The notes below the pieces were generated by a model. The model searched no databases. It worked only from the letters and a program-made list of their open reading frames with translations, and was not told the DNA's origin. The position numbers and the translations under genes were made by a program. This document shows, in pieces, positions 59,442-60,628 of a stretch of 60,628 nt of DNA. The first letter of the stretch is position 1; every line of letters begins with the position of its first letter. Where the stretch lies: positions 1 to 60,628 of the IMG/VR virus record IMGVR_UViG_3300010157_000068; one strand, 5' to 3'. The DNA is from a virus. Taxonomy: Duplodnaviria; Caudoviricetes.

Positions 59442-59717
59442 ATGCCAGGCAGAACAGCTAAGTACTACGCATCCAATCCGGAAGCCAGAAAGAAGCACGT
59501 TGAGTACCAGAAGGAGTACAACAAGAAGGATCGAGAAGTTAAAAAACGTGTAGAGTTAAATTCTGAGAACCGTAAGCGTGGAACATATGGGAACGGAGAC
59601 GGAATGGACGTGGCACACACAAGGAGTGGTACAAAATTACAAAAAGCGTCTGTAAATCGAGGTTCTAAGACGGCGATGCCTGGAGATAAAAGAGCAAGGG
59701 GTGGCAGACAAAAGTAA
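59442..59717 (+). CDS. Small basic protein with a degenerate HNH-like motif
   Basis: GDGMDVAH...SVNRG. Confidence 0.6.
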   Translation: MPGRTAKYYASNPEARKKHVEYQKEYNKKDREVKKRVELNSENRKRGTYGNGDGMDVAHTRSGTKLQKASVNRGSKTAMPGDKRARGGRQK

Positions 59718-59991
59718 GATGAGGTGTAACGTCCCTCAGAAGAGCGACCGAGAAGGAAAGAAGAGAATGGTCAAGGCCTGTGAGAACGGGCAGGAGAAGC
59801 TAATTCATTACGGAGCAGTAGGATACGGAAATAACTACTCTGATGCCGCGCGCAAGTCTTTTAGAGCCAGACAGAAGTGTGATACTGCGGATAGTAAGTT
59901 AACCGCTAGACACTGGGCCTGTAAAGATTTATGGGGAGGAAAGGGAGGAAACACAACGTCAAATCCTAAAAACAGACAAGGAAAGTACTAA
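59701..59991 (+). CDS. Small basic hypothetical protein
   Basis: KLIHYG...ARKSFRARQKC...ARHWAC..LW. Confidence 0.7.
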   Translation: MADKSKMRCNVPQKSDREGKKRMVKACENGQEKLIHYGAVGYGNNYSDAARKSFRARQKCDTADSKLTARHWACKDLWGGKGGNTTSNPKNRQGKY

Positions 59992-60107
59992 TGAAAAAGA
60001 CAACAGCAAGAGCAAAACAATACGAATCAAAGGCGTCCTTAAATGGAAAGATGAAGTACCTAAAAGGAAACATGGGCAAGGTAACTAAAAACAAGAAGAT
60101 ATGTTAG
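59991..60107 (+). CDS. Small basic protein (38 aa)
   Basis: MKKTTARAKQY...KKIC*, coupled on both sides. Confidence 0.55.
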   Translation: MKKTTARAKQYESKASLNGKMKYLKGNMGKVTKNKKIC

Positions 60108-60262
60108 GAGATAGCATCGAAAAAATAACAAAGAAGACCGGAATAAAAAAAGCGGTAGGAGTTCTTTCTAAGGCGACTGGCCATGACTGTGGTTGCTCTG
60201 CAAGGAAAGAAAAACTAAACAACCCAAACCTAAAAATTAACAAAATACTATACAAGAAATGA
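60101..60262 (+). CDS. Small protein with a DCGC motif (53 aa)
   Basis: MLGDSIEKITKKTGIKK...DCGCSARKEKLN. Confidence 0.7.
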   Translation: MLGDSIEKITKKTGIKKAVGVLSKATGHDCGCSARKEKLNNPNLKINKILYKK

Positions 60263-60628
60263 AGTTCTTAAAAACACACTACGGGAGAGCTATTAACGTT
60301 ATTCAAAGCGACACAGTTAATATACCTAATCCGGCCGGAAGAGGTATTACAGGGATTACAACTGCTGGATCGGGAAGTTATCTTATAGATTCTACAAAAA
60401 AATTTACAACAAACTTATTGGGAGCTATAGCTGTTAACGATAGTACAGGAGTTTCTGCTAATGTTGTTGGAATCACAAATACTCATCAGTTGGTTTTGGA
60501 CGCTCCAATAATGCTTGTAGACGCCTCATACTCTATTTATAACTCTGTAAATAATGAAGGATGTGCTATATACATACCTCCTCAAACACCTAACAATATA
60601 ACTATACAAACTGTTGGCGGAGATATTA
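60259..60628 (+). CDS. Hypothetical virion-associated protein, 5' part (runs off the window end)
   Basis: Open from the ATG at 60259 to the end: MKFLKTHYGRAINVIQSD...QTVGGDI. Confidence 0.75.
   Translation, partial: MKFLKTHYGRAINVIQSDTVNIPNPAGRGITGITTAGSGSYLIDSTKKFTTNLLGAIAVNDSTGVSANVVGITNTHQLVLDAPIMLVDASYSIYNSVNNEGCAIYIPPQTPNNITIQTVGGDI

Larger units (their letters stand above)
1..60628. other. Near-complete circularly permuted genome of a Bacteroidota-infecting tailed phage
   Basis: Full terminase/portal/capsid/tail/lysis/replication set in two opposed arms. The ORF running off the right end continues at position 1. TAnnTTTG promoters recur. Confidence 0.9.

Noticed and set aside
1-60628. 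Stop-codon reassignment, DGR, introns or inteins, integrase, tRNA genes
   Set aside because: Core genes are uninterrupted in the standard code, and I recognised no reverse transcriptase, splicing, recombinase or cloverleaf motifs by eye. A tRNAscan-SE run is still advisable.

Overview
The window is an essentially complete, circularly permuted ~60.6 kb genome of a lytic tailed phage with podovirus-like gene order. The host is most likely Bacteroidota (Flavobacteriia-like), inferred from repeated TAnnTTTG (-7) promoters, AT-rich leaders without Shine-Dalgarno sequences and an SSB ending in DLPF. The + strand arm (56348 to 60628, wrapping to 1-34395) carries groEL/groES, small basic proteins, lysis genes, tail fibre, terminase, portal, a Dps/ferritin-like gene, scaffold, major capsid, tail ring/muzzle proteins and ejected cargo proteins. 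The cargo set includes a 2942-aa polyvalent protein. The - strand arm (55280 to 34407) carries early genes, recombination genes (annealase, RecE-like nuclease, SSB), a primase-helicase, a SNF2 helicase, HNH nucleases and nucleotide-metabolism genes. I recognised no DNA polymerase, RNA polymerase, integrase, tRNA or CRISPR array. The most notable non-coding feature is at the head of the early operon: a promoter, then a ~265-nt hairpin-rich RNA, then a textbook type III hammerhead ribozyme, then the first early ORF. This unit lies between two ~200-bp degenerate inverted repeats. Several other structured intergenic RNAs are also present, including a kissing-loop leader and a 212-nt element closed by a 13-bp stem. 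All calls are by eye, with no database searches.
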